This document shows, piece after piece, positions 12,136 through 29,129 of a DNA stretch of 64,000 bases. The position numbers and the translations under genes are program-made. Source of the DNA: the human T2T-CHM13v2.0 reference genome, Homo sapiens. The notes beneath the pieces were generated by a model. It was not told where the DNA came from, made no database searches, and saw nothing but the letters and a program-made list of their open reading frames with translations. The stretch's first letter is position 1; every line of letters begins with the position of its first letter. The DNA lies in assembly GCF_009914755.1 (NCBI RefSeq), contig NC_060928.1; one strand, given 5' to 3'.

Positions 12136-12617
12136 AGGAAAAATAAAACAAAGCAAAACACTTTACTGGCTAAACAAAACACGGCCTGTCAGCCAGATTC
12201 AGCCTGAAGGCCACATTTGCAGCCCTGGTCTACAGCACAGAGTGCATATTTCTTAGCATGGTGCATAGGCCCTGCGTGATGTCAACAGCACCTGCCTTAT
12301 CTCCCACCAGTCCTTCCGCCTTAACTCCAAATACCCATTTCCAAAATAGACTTACATGTTCAAAAGTCTAGCATGCTCCTTTGGTCTCTCTGCCTTCCTC
12401 AGCAATTCTATTTATCAGGCATGACATTTTCCCCCTGTCTGCCTGAAGAATGTCTACTTATTCCTTCAGATTCTGCTCAATTATTACCTTCTCAGGAAAG
12501 TCCTTCTTGATATTTGCAGGTAGAGTTAAATTAAATACCTCTTCGTCTACATGTTGTCATATTTATTCCCCATCACCACTAGGACAATGCTAGCCTCTTC
12601 CTTCCTTTATTTTATAA

Positions 12618-13120
<503 letters not shown>

Positions 13121-13496
13121 TAATCCGTATGTGCTTCGGCTGCTTACAGCTGAAGGAGATTATAAGCAGAAGTGGTGAAGTAACTTCATACAGTAAAGGA
13201 TACAGGAATGTTTTAAAAATAACTCAATGGGCTTCTCTCGGTACCAATGGTTATCATGCAGGATAAACAGTATAACATGAAAAATATAAATTCTAATTGG
13301 TAGATATCCAGCAAAATTGGGAAAACCATTAAGCCATACTTCATCACAGCTTAGAAAGGACTACAGGTTCTTTCTGCCAGCTATACTCATTAAAAAGAAT
13401 ATGATCACTAAGAAAATAATTATACAATTGGACAGAAAAAATAAGATAGAAAAATGAAAGAATGGCTAATGTAAAAATATATCAGACAGTACTTAC

Positions 13497-13543
13497 TTTT
13501 TTGTAATCATTTTAACAACAGAATGTAAATAATCTTCATTACT
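13497..13543 (-). CDS. MGAT4D: MGAT4D coding exon 5: SNEDYLHSVVKMITK(K)
   Basis: tttttAG acceptor, AA|GTAAGT donor, 47 nt, phase 0 to 2; links exons 4 and 6 in frame. Confidence 0.9.
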
Positions 13544-15144
13544 CTAAAAATGAGAAAAATATTTTACTGAAACTAAGCATGTCTCATAGTTCTATTAATA
13601 CAACTTCTTTTGCTACATATAAATCTAATTTGTGTGTGAAATGCTATTGCATACTAATAATTTTTAGTGTTTTTACTTTCTATTAAAAGATTTAAAAATA
13701 TCCATGTTCTTAAAAAATTTGACTTGAATACAGGAAATATTTCATTCTTTTCCCTTTGCCACAATGTGAAATATTACAATCCAAAATTTACCCTTAAATT
13801 TATATACTTTTTAGATATATAAGATTACATAAAATATTATATATCTAAAGATGTTTTTAGTCTAAAAATGGTCATCTGTGAATGGCTTATTTCAAACAAC
13901 TACTCCTTTTGAAAACTACTCTTCATTTCCTGAGTATTATATGACAATAAGCCTACTTCAAAATTACATCATATTTCTCCAGACAGTATTACTCAGCTTG
14001 ATTCCAATTTGCCTTCCTGACAATAAACTTTGTGGACCTGCTCTTCATTGAACAGTGCGCTAGATTAGATGACAGACTCCTGCAAAAAGCTTTTGATGGT
14101 TTACCCTCTTGGGATAATTTTTAAAAAAATAACGTGGCATTTACAAGATGTAGCCTCAGGGCCCATAAGCATTTCCAACACAAAATTTTGAAAATATTTT
14201 GAACAATCACAGTTCTGTTGTTGAATCTGAGTACTCTGAAAGGCAACTCTAGATGTATGTACTCAGGTTTCTTGTTTAAAAATAGCAGACATGATGTAGA
14301 TAAATCTCTTATAGTACTGGAGGCTCTTAACCATAAATTGAATCATTAGCTATTTGTCTCACACTGAAACATATTGTATTTTAAACACGGCGTCAAAGTC
14401 ATATTTCGTAAGCATTTTATATTCCATTTAAAAATCTTCCTCCAATGTTTTATTACAAATCTAAACATTTTAGACAGACATGGGTTGTGCTAACAGCAAA
14501 TAAGTAAGGATTCTAATATATAAAATAAGGCAATAGGATGAAACATTTTGGAGATTATGTGCATACTTTCTTTTAATATTAATAAATTAAACTGGGATGC
14601 AATGATTTTAATCTTTCATTTCTATTTTTCTAATAGTTCTTCTATTGCTTGTTCTGTTTCGAGTTTTTTCTGCATTCAAAGACATCTTTATTATAGAAAA
14701 TTCAAGCAATAACAAAAAGAATAAAGAAAAGATAATAAAGGTTCTTCTTAATCCCAGCATTTAGAGATAACCATTATTTATATTGATGATATCTTTATAT
14801 CATTCCAAAGTTTGCTCATTTTCTTTTTTCTTCATATATTTCATTTGTTTCTATATATTTTCCCCTCCCTCCATCTTTTCCTTCTTTCCTTCATTCCTAT
14901 TTAACATAATGATAACATTATGTTAAACATGATGCTTTACAGCTTTTTTTCACTTAACAATAGGACATGAACATCACTTTGTATCAGTGAGTACAGATAT
15001 TCATTCTTCTTTCAATGACTATCGAGTATTGCATTGTGGAGATATATAGCAAGGTATTTTATCAGCCTCTTATGGGTAGATATTTTGGTTGTTTCCAATA
15101 TTATGCTTTCATAACCCAACAATGCACTGAAAATCCTGAAATAA

Positions 15145-15390
15145 TTATTTATTGAGCACTTACTATGTGCCACACATCACTCTAAGTACTTTAAATATAT
15201 TAGCTAATTTCATCCCCCAACAACCTTATGGCATAGGCAATATGATTATCACAATTTTAGAGATAAAAGAAAATGAGGCATAGATGAATTAAGTAAGTTG
15301 CTCAAGTTCACTGGTTGGGAAGTAGAGAAGCTGACATTTTAACCTTGGACTTCTAAATCCAGAGTCTGTTCTCAACTTCCATACTATACT
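15145..15390 (-). mobile_element. MIR SINE
   Basis: tttattgagcacttactatgtgcca...attttagagat...tgaggca core. Confidence 0.75.
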
Positions 15391-15407
15391 GCCATATTTT
15401 TACTGGT

Positions 15408-15722
<315 letters not shown>

Positions 15723-16534
15723 CATTTTTACTGTTTTTATACACTTGCCTGATTATTTCCTTAGGATAAGTTCCCAGAATTTGAATTTCTGAGACAAAGT
15801 ACATATACATTTAAATTTAACACACATTGCCAAATTTCTCTCCAAAAAGTCTTATGGTGCTAATATTCACACAGTACTATATAGTTTTAAATGGTATTAG
15901 GAACAGTGGAAATCTTTGGGGTCATTAGAGAGATCTAGGCTTGAATCTGCTCTGTTAATTACTGGGCAAGTTACTTACCTTCTGTAAGATCTAGGTCCAT
16001 TATCCCTAAAATCAGGACAGTAATAGCTACCTCACAGGGATGTAATGCAGGTTATAAATGTGTATAAAAATCATCTACAATCTCTCAAGCATAAGAAAGT
16101 CTCTCAATCATAGGTGTTGTTGCTTAATACAAATTATCTCTTGATTCATATACCAAACTCTTATTGGACTGGGCACATTTTATTACTAGCATCGATTTTA
16201 ATAATTTTAATTTTGTTTGTAAATATAACTTCTGAGCCATATAGTAGGCAGGGATTCAGGGATTCTATATTAAATGCAATTCAAATTTAGCAATCTTATA
16301 TTTCCCACATGAAGCCATTATGTTGTCCTTTTAGATTTACATATTTAATTCCTTCTCAGCAGTATCGAAGAAGTATTAAGTATGTTGTCTGGTATCCAAA
16401 AAAGGCATCTATGGGTAGCTTTTTAAAATTAAGAAAACAGTTTTCAACATGGTACAATGATTATTACCATTGAGGAAGGGAATTTGGAGACCATAGGGTG
16501 AGGATAAGGAGAGCTCCTTATTTTGTATACGTAC

Positions 16535-16668
16535 ATCTGCAACCAAGACAATCACTACAGAATCCTTCTCTTGGGAGAGCGTCATCCTGGAGACAACAGA
16601 GGTCAGTGTCTGTTTCAGGTAACTATAATTTCCTCTGTTAACAGTGGAAATACCCAGCGCAAAAGAAA
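16535..16668 (-). CDS. MGAT4D: MGAT4D coding exon 4: [45 protein letters not shown]
   Basis: ccacAG acceptor, GAT|GTACGT donor, 134 nt, phase 1 to 0; GIxTVxR...SYL..TL motif of GT54 enzymes; inside ORF 16409..16678. Confidence 0.95.
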
Positions 16669-17485
16669 CTGTGGACATAGGAGTATGAAATCATCATTCC
16701 ATACCACAGAGAAAAACATAGTTTACCATTCATTCTATGCTTATTCCTATGTTTGGGTTAGTCTTACGGTAACAAAATGAGTGTTTGAAACTGTATTACA
16801 AAAATAATCCAAACTATGTTAATTTTTATCACATATTTCATTTTCTTTTTGAGGAAATTTGCAGTGGATTGTTAGTAAAAGCACTAAACAGACTCCAAGA
16901 TGTTCTTATGTTAAAAGATTTTGGTGTAGCAAAAATAAAACTAACCACTTTCCACTTACTATAGGTTCATCTAACTGAGTATAAAATGTCACATATTGGT
17001 CGATTCTCTCTTCTTTTCCTAACAAGACACTGGAATCCAAAACAGGAAAAAATTACTATGAAATATTTTCATCTGTGAAAGAATGTATGAAGTAATTTCT
17101 AAATGATTTGATGGAATGAATCCACATCTCTAAGTAACTTTTGTTGCCCAAGAATAGCTGGAGCACTAGGGCTCCAAGATGTACACATCTTGGCTGTACA
17201 GGTGCAGCTAAGATTGAGGCTACCAATCGTAACTATACTGGTACCTGGCCATATGGGCTTAGGCAAGATACACAACATCTCCAGCCTTATGTCCCCCTCT
17301 TTAAGATAGGGATAAGGACTTCCAGAATGGCTAAGTGAGAAACTCAGAAAATCCTCTTTCTAGAAAGCGGTAATAAAACTGCAAAAAAAAAAAAAAAAAA
17401 AGGTCAAAACAGTCATTTCAGGGCCCTGATAAACTGAGAAGTACTTACTTAAGAAAAACTATGGAACTTTGGAAGGAACAGCTGA

Positions 17486-17921
<436 letters not shown>

Positions 17922-20469
17922 TGATTGTATTGATACTCTTTATATATTCTGAATACGAACCCCTTGTCAGTTATATGTGTTATTAAATATTATCTCCCAC
18001 TCTTGGTTCCCTTTTCAATGTTTTGCCCCTTGATGAAGAGAAATTCTTAATTGTAATGTAGTGCAATTTGTCATCCATTTTCTTTGTTGTTTGGGTTTTC
18101 TGGGTCTTGTTAAGAAATCTTTGCTTATCTTCAGGTCATAAAGACATTCTTCTGAGTGATTTTCTAATAGTTTATTGTTTGCCTTTCATATTTAGAGCTG
18201 CAATCCACCTGGAATTGATTTTTATGGATAGATTGAGGCAGGAATCAAGTTTCAAGCTGTAAGATACAGTATGAAAGCAATTCCTGGAATGGCTTCCTAT
18301 GCCTTACAATGCATTTACAAGAATTTAAAAGGCCCTTAGTGACCTGGTACTGATCTATCCCTTTTTTTCAACTACCCACACTTTTCGAATTGACCAAATA
18401 CCACTCTTACCTCGAAGCCTTTGCACACGCCATTCTTTTTGCCTAGAATACTCTTATTCCTCTAATTTCCTTTGATAATTCTACTTATTTCTCAGGATTC
18501 AACTAAATATTAGTCATTTTGATCACAAATTGATGCTTAATCCTTTCACCAGCTATGAATTCTTACCTTATCTTTCATAGTACTCATCACTCCTTTTGTT
18601 GTAACTCATTCCTATCTAGAATGTCAGCTTGATGACAGCAGACACCTTCATGTGTGCTTATATTATAAATCCAGCACTAACATAAAGACTGATACATGGT
18701 AATGATAATAAATTGAAATTGAATAAATAATAAAGGGGCAAGCCCCTTTATTATTTGGCCTGTGTCCATGGTCTTGCTACTAATACCCTCCAGCCCCAAT
18801 TGTGCATGCAAGACACACATCCTTTCTAGGCCTTCTTGCCATCTGACTTTTGCATGTTTCTTTTCCTCTATCTGGATGACCACCCTCTACTTTCCGCTAT
18901 CCACCACCTACCACTTCCCTACTTAGTCTACTCCAATTCTTTTGCCCTTCATGTCACTTATATGACACTTCTTCCAGAAAGCATAGCATAGGATTTTGGC
19001 TTCACCCTGGTATTTCCCTTATCACAGCACCAGTCACTTTATATTATAATTACCTTATCATTTGTCTCTATGAAGGTGGGGTCTATGTCTTATTCACCCC
19101 ATATCCCAGGGCCTAAGAAGTGCCCAGAACAGAGTAGAAGCTTATTAAATGAGGAGACGTGGAAGAATTCACAGAGAAGTTGTCATTTAAGCTGAAAAGT
19201 CATATTGGATAAGGGAGTCACATTACAAATCAGTTATGGTTTGCCAGAGGAGGTATGTTCATTATAGGCAGTGGTTAGCACATGCAGAATATATGAAGCT
19301 TGTCCTATCTGTTCTCAAAGAGCTTGGCCTATTTGTGAGAACTGCAAGTGGTTTGTGGTTTCTGGAAAGGAGAGGCATGGCAGAGACTGAGATTTGAAAG
19401 ATACAGCCTTTTCTGCATATACCCTGCCAAGGGGCTAACTTCACCTCATGTGCACTGAGGGTCTACTGAAGGATTTTAAGCAAGAGTCAAGTATGATCAG
19501 TGATGAATTTTACTAACATATCTTCGAGGAAAGTATGAAGAATGGATTGACTTTGGTGATACTAAAATCACAAGATAAATTACAAATATGTTTCCATAAA
19601 CCAGGCACAAAATGATGAGGGGCTCAATAAAAAATAGTTATAGAGGGGCTACAGAGAGCAGAAATTATCCAAGATCTATTAGAATACAGAATAAACAAGA
19701 CTGATGATGGATTCCCTAGTAGGCCTTGCCACAGGCTTCAATCCTCTTACATATGTTTCATGTGTTAGGATTTTTTTAGTTGCCTGGAACAGAATCTTCC
19801 TTAAATCCCTTCTGGTAATTGAGAAAAGCCACCAAAAGGGCCTCAAAAGAAGGATAAATACGTACACCATGATTGGAGATCAATAAATTGTTGGGGAATT
19901 AGAAAATTATTCTGGATTTAACACAGCTCTGATAACTGGGTTATCTCAACCCTCCAACCCCCTACACAAGGAGGTCTATTGCTCCACCCAAACACCACCA
20001 TGTCTCTCTCTCCTTCCTTTCACTCTGTGTCATGGGCTTCCACTTACATTTGCTGATGCTTATGCAAGGTTATGTTTATTCTTGGTGTCTAATATCTTAT
20101 CATTTCTATGCATTGTTTTTCTTGCGTGTGTCTTTCAACTTTTCCTCATCCTATAAACTACAGCTTTTGTCTAGCATGTACTTTCTCATACATTCACACA
20201 ACACATATGCATGTATATGTATATACAGGTAAAGAGTTTTACAAGTATGAACTCAAGAAGTTTCTTAATTTCTCTAAGCCTCAGTTTTTTCAGGTGTAAA
20301 ACAGAGATGACAGTAATAGGCCCTATTGCATTGGATTGTGAAGATTAAATGAGATAATGTAAGAAAACATAGAACTCAGTAAGTGGAACACAGAATGCAA
20401 TAGATAAACGATGTCATCAGAGGCATATGATACAAAACAACACTACTTATTCCCAAGGAACTGCCTAGA

Positions 20470-20680
20470 GCAGAGGTCAGCAAACTTTTTTTTTTTTTTT
20501 AAATAAAGGGGCAGATAGTAAGCATTTTTGGCTATTGGGTTATACCATCTCTGTTGCAACTACTCAGCTCTGCCATTGGAGCACAAAAGCAGACATAGAC
20601 AACAAGTAAATGGATAAGCATAACTATGTTCCAACAAAACTGTATGTTAAAACATGGAGCCAATGGGCCTGGCCTAGAGT
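20470..20680. mobile_element. MER58-like hAT MITE
   Basis: cagaggtcagcaaacttttt...gcaactactcagctctgcc motifs. Confidence 0.7.
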
Positions 20681-21211
20681 GACTCACTCACTGGAATGAG
20701 TGAGGTTTATAGGAAAGGCAGGTATCCTGAGACTTAGCTTAATATTCCTGCTTCAAACTCCAAAGCTTCTTCTTGTCTTGTATACTTGGTGAACTTGAAC
20801 TCATTTGTCAAGGCTTACCTCAAACATCACCTGTTGTATAAGGCTATTACTGACCTTGGTCTCCAGAAAGACTGGGAAACAGTAAAATAACCAGGTAAGA
20901 ATAGATTTACCAAAAACAACGAGAAAAGATTTGCCAAACATTTGGCATATACTTAATGTATATTTGACTTATATTACTTATTTTCAAAGCATTTGTGTTA
21001 TGCTAAATTTGAATTCAAGTCACCAAGTGTTTATGAAACTATTATTTTCTGCCAGACAATATACTGACTTCCAGTAATCCAAATTAATGCCAGATAGGCT
21101 GTAGTCTGCATATCAATCTAAGATAATAATGGATTACATCTTAAAACTTAAAAGTATGTCCCCAAAGATCAAAATACCTTTATTTAATTTTCCAATTCTA
21201 AGTTTTCTTAC

Positions 21212-21349
21212 CACCAGTTTTCCCTTTGCCAATGATTACATCAGGATAAATTCTACCTTCTTTCCTTAGATGAGGAAAAAAGAACTTTAAGTCTTCAAAT
21301 GTATTAGATACTGTTTCATTTTTATTTAATATGTCTGCTTTCTGTGCAA
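21212..21349 (-). CDS. MGAT4D: MGAT4D coding exon 3: [46 protein letters not shown]
   Basis: ttttctttcAG acceptor, G|GTAAGA donor, 138 nt, phase 1 to 1; FPHL and IGKGKTG resemble MGAT4-family motifs. Not in the ORF track; translated by hand. Confidence 0.93.
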
Positions 21350-21769
21350 CTGAAAGAAAAAAATAATGCTTCTGAGTATATGATCATAGGGATTTTTCTC
21401 CCCCTGGAATAATTTTTTCAAAGAGGTGTTAATAAACTCACAGATTAATTTGGCATTTAATATATAAAAGAAATACTCTAAAATGTAAATTATTAAAATA
21501 ATAATGCTAAATATAGCTCAACTATTATTTATTCATATTTATTTATAAAGTAATATGTAATTTAAGCCTAGAATTATAAGATACACAGAGGACAATGGAA
21601 CTGTCAGTTCCAAATGAAAAAAGTATAACTGAAACATGCTGTAATTGGCTTACTCTGCTACTTTGATTAATATCACTTTATTAAATTTGTATCTTTATAA
21701 CTTTGCTTTGTAGCCCCTAAAATTTAATGACTATATTTGTAAACTTCATTAGAAGTTGCCTCTACAATT

Positions 21770-23520
<1,751 letters not shown>

Positions 23521-24042
23521 GGATTGGAGTACAAAGGGGATGCATAAGGCAGGACTTTTTGTCCTGCAGAAATGGAAAGCCACTGAAGGTTTATATGAGA
23601 AAAATTAGCTGTATGTTACTAGTCACTCAGGTAAAGCAGGAAGGTTGCCTGACTAATGTAGCAGAAATGATGATGGAAAATGTGGACAAATTTTTGAGAT
23701 ATATAGAATGGTGAATCAACCAGGATTGCTTTTACTGACATGGAAGTATGCAAGAGGTAGAGCGAGGGGTCAGAGGTGATCCTCAGGTTTCTGGTTGCAT
23801 CTCTTGAATGGATCATGGATGGTGGTGCAATTCACGGAGCCACAAAGCACAGGAAGACTACTTTCGAGGTCAAGATGAGAAGAAGTAGGTCAGTGATATC
23901 TCTTACCTGATTTTTGCACGTCTCACAATAAAAGAACCAGTACTGATATAGTTAAGTTTATAGAGAGAAGAGGCCCTAAAATCATAAGACATTGAATCTA
24001 CATTTCCAAAAACAAAACAAAACAAACAAAATCAACACAAAC

Positions 24043-24201
24043 CTAAGTTTCCTGACAAAATTTCTCTCTTTGTAATTTCATACTTCATTCGATTCAAAAC
24101 TTTCATCATCTCTTGGGTATTTTTTTCAGTTTTGTTTCTTAAGTGTAGCATATTTTCTTTAAACTCCAAAATATGGTTTCTACAGTTAATTAATTGATTA
24201 T
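24043..24201 (-). CDS. MGAT4D: MGAT4D coding exon 2 (stem, coiled-coil-like): [53 protein letters not shown]
   Basis: ttgcAG acceptor, G|GTTTGT donor, 159 nt, phase 1 to 1; lies inside ORF 24032..24250. Confidence 0.93.
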
Positions 24202-24899
24202 CTGCAATGAAAACATATGTATATATTTGTACATGTAGCAATGGTGTCACACAATTTTCTATAATAGGTAAGAATGTAAAGTATAAGTTTCAATATAGTT
24301 ATATATAGTACTATATATGTATTATATGTGTATATATACAGTACTATATACATATAGTATATACCACATGTGTAAATACGTGCATAGGTACAAATATAAA
24401 AGACTGGAAAGAAAGAACAAAATGTTAAATATAGTGATATGAGGAAGGTGGGATTATAAATGATTTTTTCCTTTATTACTCTGTGCTCTTCTTTGTTTTA
24501 CAAATTTTCCATGGTGTGCGTGTATCAGATTTGTATTACAGTGTAATCCCATTAACCCCCCAAAAATACATCTAAGAAATTATCTGAAGAAAATTATGAG
24601 GAATATGTACACAGATTTGGACTAAGGATATTTAACATAGGCCGTAGTATTTAGCATTATTTTTAAAAATTGGAACTGACCAAAGTGCCCAACAGTAGGA
24701 CATTTGCTAAATAAATTACAGAATATTCTTTTAAGAGTTCTGATGGCTCTGATGTCAAATCATGTATAATATACTTAATATTTGTGTTATCTGGGGAAAA
24801 TTGCTTAATTTTTATTTGCCTCTGCTCCTTCTGGTGTAAATGCATACATAAAAATCTCTGCCTCAGAGCTGTTGTGAAGATGTAGTGATGATGCACATA

Positions 24900-27378
24900 A
24901 ACTAAAGTTTCAGGATACAAAATCAACAGTAGAGTTTCTATCCACTAACAGCAAACTATCCAGGAAAGAAATCAGTCAAACCACACCATTTACAATGGCA
25001 ACAATAAAATACTTGGGAATAAATTTAACCAAGGAGGTGAAAGAATGGTGCACTGAAAACTATATAATCTGGGTGAAAGAAATTGAAGACACAAATAAAT
25101 GGAAAGATATCACATGTTCGTAGATTAGAAGAATATTGTTAAAATGTCTATACTACACAAAACAATCTACAGATTCAATGCAATCCTTAAAAAAATCCAA
25201 TTACGTTTTTCACAGAAACAGAAAAACAACCCCTGCAATTCATATGAAACCACAAAAGACCCCAAAAAGCCAAAGCAATCTTGAATGAAAGAACAAAGCT
25301 GGAGACATCACACTACCTGACTTCAAAATATATTGCAAAGCTATGGTAATCAAAACAGCATGGTACTGGCATAATAACAGACACATAGACCAATGGAACA
25401 AAATAGGGAACCCAGAAATTCACGCATTTACAGTAACTTGATCTTTGACAAAGTTTCCAAGAACACACAATAGGGAAAGAACAGTGTCTTCAATAAAAAC
25501 GTGTTTGGAAAACTGGATATCCACATGCAGAAGAACGAAATTAGATCTTTATTTCAACTCGCATAAAAAATCAACTAAAAATGGATGAAAGACTTAAGTG
25601 TAAGACCTGAAACTGTAAGATTACTAGAAGAAACCATTAGGAAAAAGCTTATTGACCTGGTCTGAGCAATGATTTTTCAGATATGACTCCAAAATAACAG
25701 ATAACAAAAGACAAAATAAATGAATGGGATTACATCAAGTTAAACAAGCTTATGTACAGCAAAGTAAACAATTAACAGAGTGAAGAGACAACATGGATTG
25801 AAAATATTTCAACCCAAGAGACAATCTATGGGTTAAAATTTGTCCAGTGGGAGAAAATATTTGCAAACCATACATCTGAAAAGAGGTTAATATCTAAAAT
25901 ATATAAGAAACTCAAACAATAGCAAAAAAAAGTAAAAAATTGGCAAAAGATTCAAATAGATATTTGTCAAAACAAGACATGAATATGGCCAAGTACATAA
26001 AAAAGTGCTTGATACCACTAATCATCAGCAAAATGCAAATTAAAACAAGGTACCATCTCACACCTGTTAGAATGGCTATTATCAGAGACAAAAGGTGAGA
26101 ATATGGAGAGAAAGAAACTCTTGCACACTGTTGGCAGGAATATAAATTAGTGTAGCCATTATGGAACACAATATGGAGGCTCCTTACCTTCAGGACATAG
26201 GCATGGGCAAGGACTTCATGTCTAAAACACCAAAAGCAATAGCAACAAAAGCCAAAATTGACAAATGGGATCTAATTAAACTAAAGAGCTTCTGCACAGC
26301 AAAAGAAACTACCATCAGAGCGAACAGGCAACCTACAGAATGGGAGAAAATTTTCACAACCTACTCATCTGACAAAGGGCTAATATCCAGAATCTACAAT
26401 GAACTCAAACAAATTTACAAGAAAAAAACAAACAACCCCATCAAAAAGTGGGCAAAGGATATGAACAGACACTTCTCAGAAGAAGACATTTATGCAGCCA
26501 ACAGACACATGAAAAAATGCTCATCATTACTGGCCATCAGAGAAATGCAAATCAAAAACACAATGAGATACCATTTCACACCAGTTAGAATGGCGATCAT
26601 TAAAAAGTCAGGAAACAACAGTGCTGGAGAGGATGTGGAGAAATAGGAACACTTTTACACTGTTGGTGGGACTGTAAACTAGTTCAACCATTGTGGAAGT
26701 CAGTGTGGCGATTCCTCAGGGATCTAGAACTGGAAATACCATTTGACCCAGCCATCCCATTACTGGGTATATACCCAAAGGATTATAAATCATGCTGCTA
26801 TAAAGACACATGCACACGTATGTTTACTGCGGCACTATTCACAATAGCAAAGACTTGGAACCAACCCAAATGTCCAACAATGATAGACTAGATTAAGAAA
26901 ATGTGGCACATATACACCATGGAATACTATGCAGCCATAAAAAATGATGAGTTCATGTCCTTTGTAGGGATATGGATGAAATTGGAAATCATCATTCTCA
27001 GTAAACTATCACAAGGACAAAAAACCAAACACTGCATGTTCTCAGTCATAGATGGGAATTGAACAATGAGAACACATGGACACAGGAAGGGGAACATCAC
27101 ACTCTGGGGACTGTTGTGGGGTGGGGGTAGGGGGTAGGGATAGCATTAGGAGATATACCTAATGCTAAATGACGAGATAGTGGGTGCAGCATACCAGCAT
27201 GGCACATGTATACATATGTAACTAACCTGCATATTGTGCTCATGTACCCTAAAACTTAAAAGTATAATAATAATTAAAAAATAAAAATAAATTTTATTAA
27301 AAAAATTAAAAATAGAACTGCATAACGCAGCAATCCCACTGTTGGTTATGTATTCAAAGGAAATAAAGTCAGTATGTT
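24900..27378 (+). mobile_element. L1MA-type ORF2 remnant, host of a younger L1PA
   Basis: Decayed ORF2 starting at aaagtttcaggatacaaaatcaac; resumes after the L1PA tail at aaaaaattaaaaatagaact. Confidence 0.75.
26185..27300 (+). mobile_element. 5'-truncated young L1PA (PA2/PA3-like), ~1.1 kb
   Basis: Near-consensus ORF2 C-terminus ([15 protein letters not shown]...), 3'UTR with G-rich tract and A-rich tail. Confidence 0.92.
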
Positions 27379-27379
27379 G

Positions 27380-27522
27380 GATGGATGTTATGGCTCACAC
27401 CTGTAAACCCAGCACTTTGGGAGGTCAAGGTGAGAGGACTGCTTGAGCTCAGGAGATCAAGGCCACAGTGGAGCCATGACTGCACTGCTGCACTCCAGCC
27501 TGAGCAACAGAGCAAGACCCTG

Positions 27523-27557
<35 letters not shown>
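27380..27557 (+). mobile_element. Alu, internally deleted or monomer-length
   Basis: tggctcacacctgtaaacccagcactttggg...long poly-A. Confidence 0.8.
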
Positions 27558-27558
<1 letters not shown>

Positions 27559-28057
27559 CAATGATGATACATTTGGGTTGAAACATTTAATATTTTTTCA
27601 CTTATCTGTTTTTTCTGAAGAAGAGCACACAAGTGGACAGCCTGTGGCAAAAATTGGATAATTCCTCTCCCCTGCTCAAAACCCTCCAAAATATTTCTCA
27701 TCACACTTAGAAAAATAACCAAAGTCCTTACCATGACCCACAAAGCCCTGTGTGATCAGTCCTGAGTTCCTCCCTGGTCTCATTTCCTACCCTTCCTGCC
27801 TCACTCTGAGGGAGCCCAGCATCACCCACACTGGCCTCCTTGCTGTTCCTCACACGAGCCAAACACTCTCCTACCTTAGGGCTTTGGCTTTTGCAGTGTT
27901 CTCAGCACTGAATGCTCTTCCCCCATATCCTTTCATTGTTTTATCACATATCCTGTTGTGGCAGAAGGTCCCTAATTTCATTGTTTTCTGCTAAGACATT
28001 ACCACCTCAGGGAAGCCTACCCTGCCATCCTTTGTAAGATAGCACAGCCGTCTTTCC

Positions 28058-28270
28058 CTTATTATTATTTTTTTAATTATACTTTAAGTTCTGGGGTACA
28101 TGTGCAGAATGTGCAGGTTTGTTACATAGATATACATGTGCTGCACACATCAACCTGTCATCTACATTAGGTATTTCTCCTAATGCTATCCCTCCCCTAG
28201 CCACCCACCCCGAAACAGGCCCCGGTGTGTGATGTTCCCCTCCCTGTGTCCATGTGTTCTCATTGTTCAA
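28058..28270 (-). mobile_element. Very short L1PA 3' end inserted in an L2 remnant
   Basis: attatactttaagttctggggtacatgtgcag...catgtgttctcattgttcaa. Confidence 0.85.
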
Positions 28271-29129
28271 ATAACTTATCACCACCACTTCATATTATGT
28301 ATTGACTGCTTTCATGTTTCACTCCAGAGATTTCTAGAATGAGAGCAGCGAGAACATTTTACTACTAAATTCCAACTATCTGAAACAGCGATTTGCATAT
28401 AGTTCTTATACAAATATATGCTCGATGAATAAATAATGAAATGAATGGACTTGTCAGTATAAGAACTAATTTTAGTGATTCTTAAACTGAATCATGCTTT
28501 AATCAAAAGAACTGCACCTATCCAGATAAGCCTTAAATATTCATATTGTAGATACTATTTGAAGATGCTTACAAACCTTAGAGGGAGATGTAGTTTAAGC
28601 TCATGATATTAGGGTTTCCCAGGTAATGTTCTCTCTGCAAAATGGATTGTGTGTTCCGAGTTAATATATCATGGGTGATGCAACCTATGTGGGTTTCTAC
28701 ATTGTAGGTCAGTCCCTAGGGATCAATTTGGTAAACATGAAAAGAAAGAGTTTTCTCCAGAGGAAGCAGTATTTACAGCAACAATCATAAAGAAATGTTA
28801 AAGGACATAATCTCTAATCTTAGATCTGCTTCTTGTACATTTTTCCCTGGTAATTCATTCATCAATATTCTATTTAAAATATTGAAATTACTTGCATATT
28901 TACCCAGGTATTTAGTGAGGATGAAATGTTATAACACTATTTTGCAAAGGTTTGAAATAAACAATAATTAGATGCTTTGAGTCAATTGGGCATCTCTGTA
29001 GTGAAATTATGAAAACAAACACCAGTTCAAGTGTGCAATGGGTGAATGTGACTTCTGCACATTAAAAATAGGTTCCAGGCTAGATCCTAAGTGCCACTGA
29101 TTTGTGCCTCTCACAGCAAGGCTCCAAGG

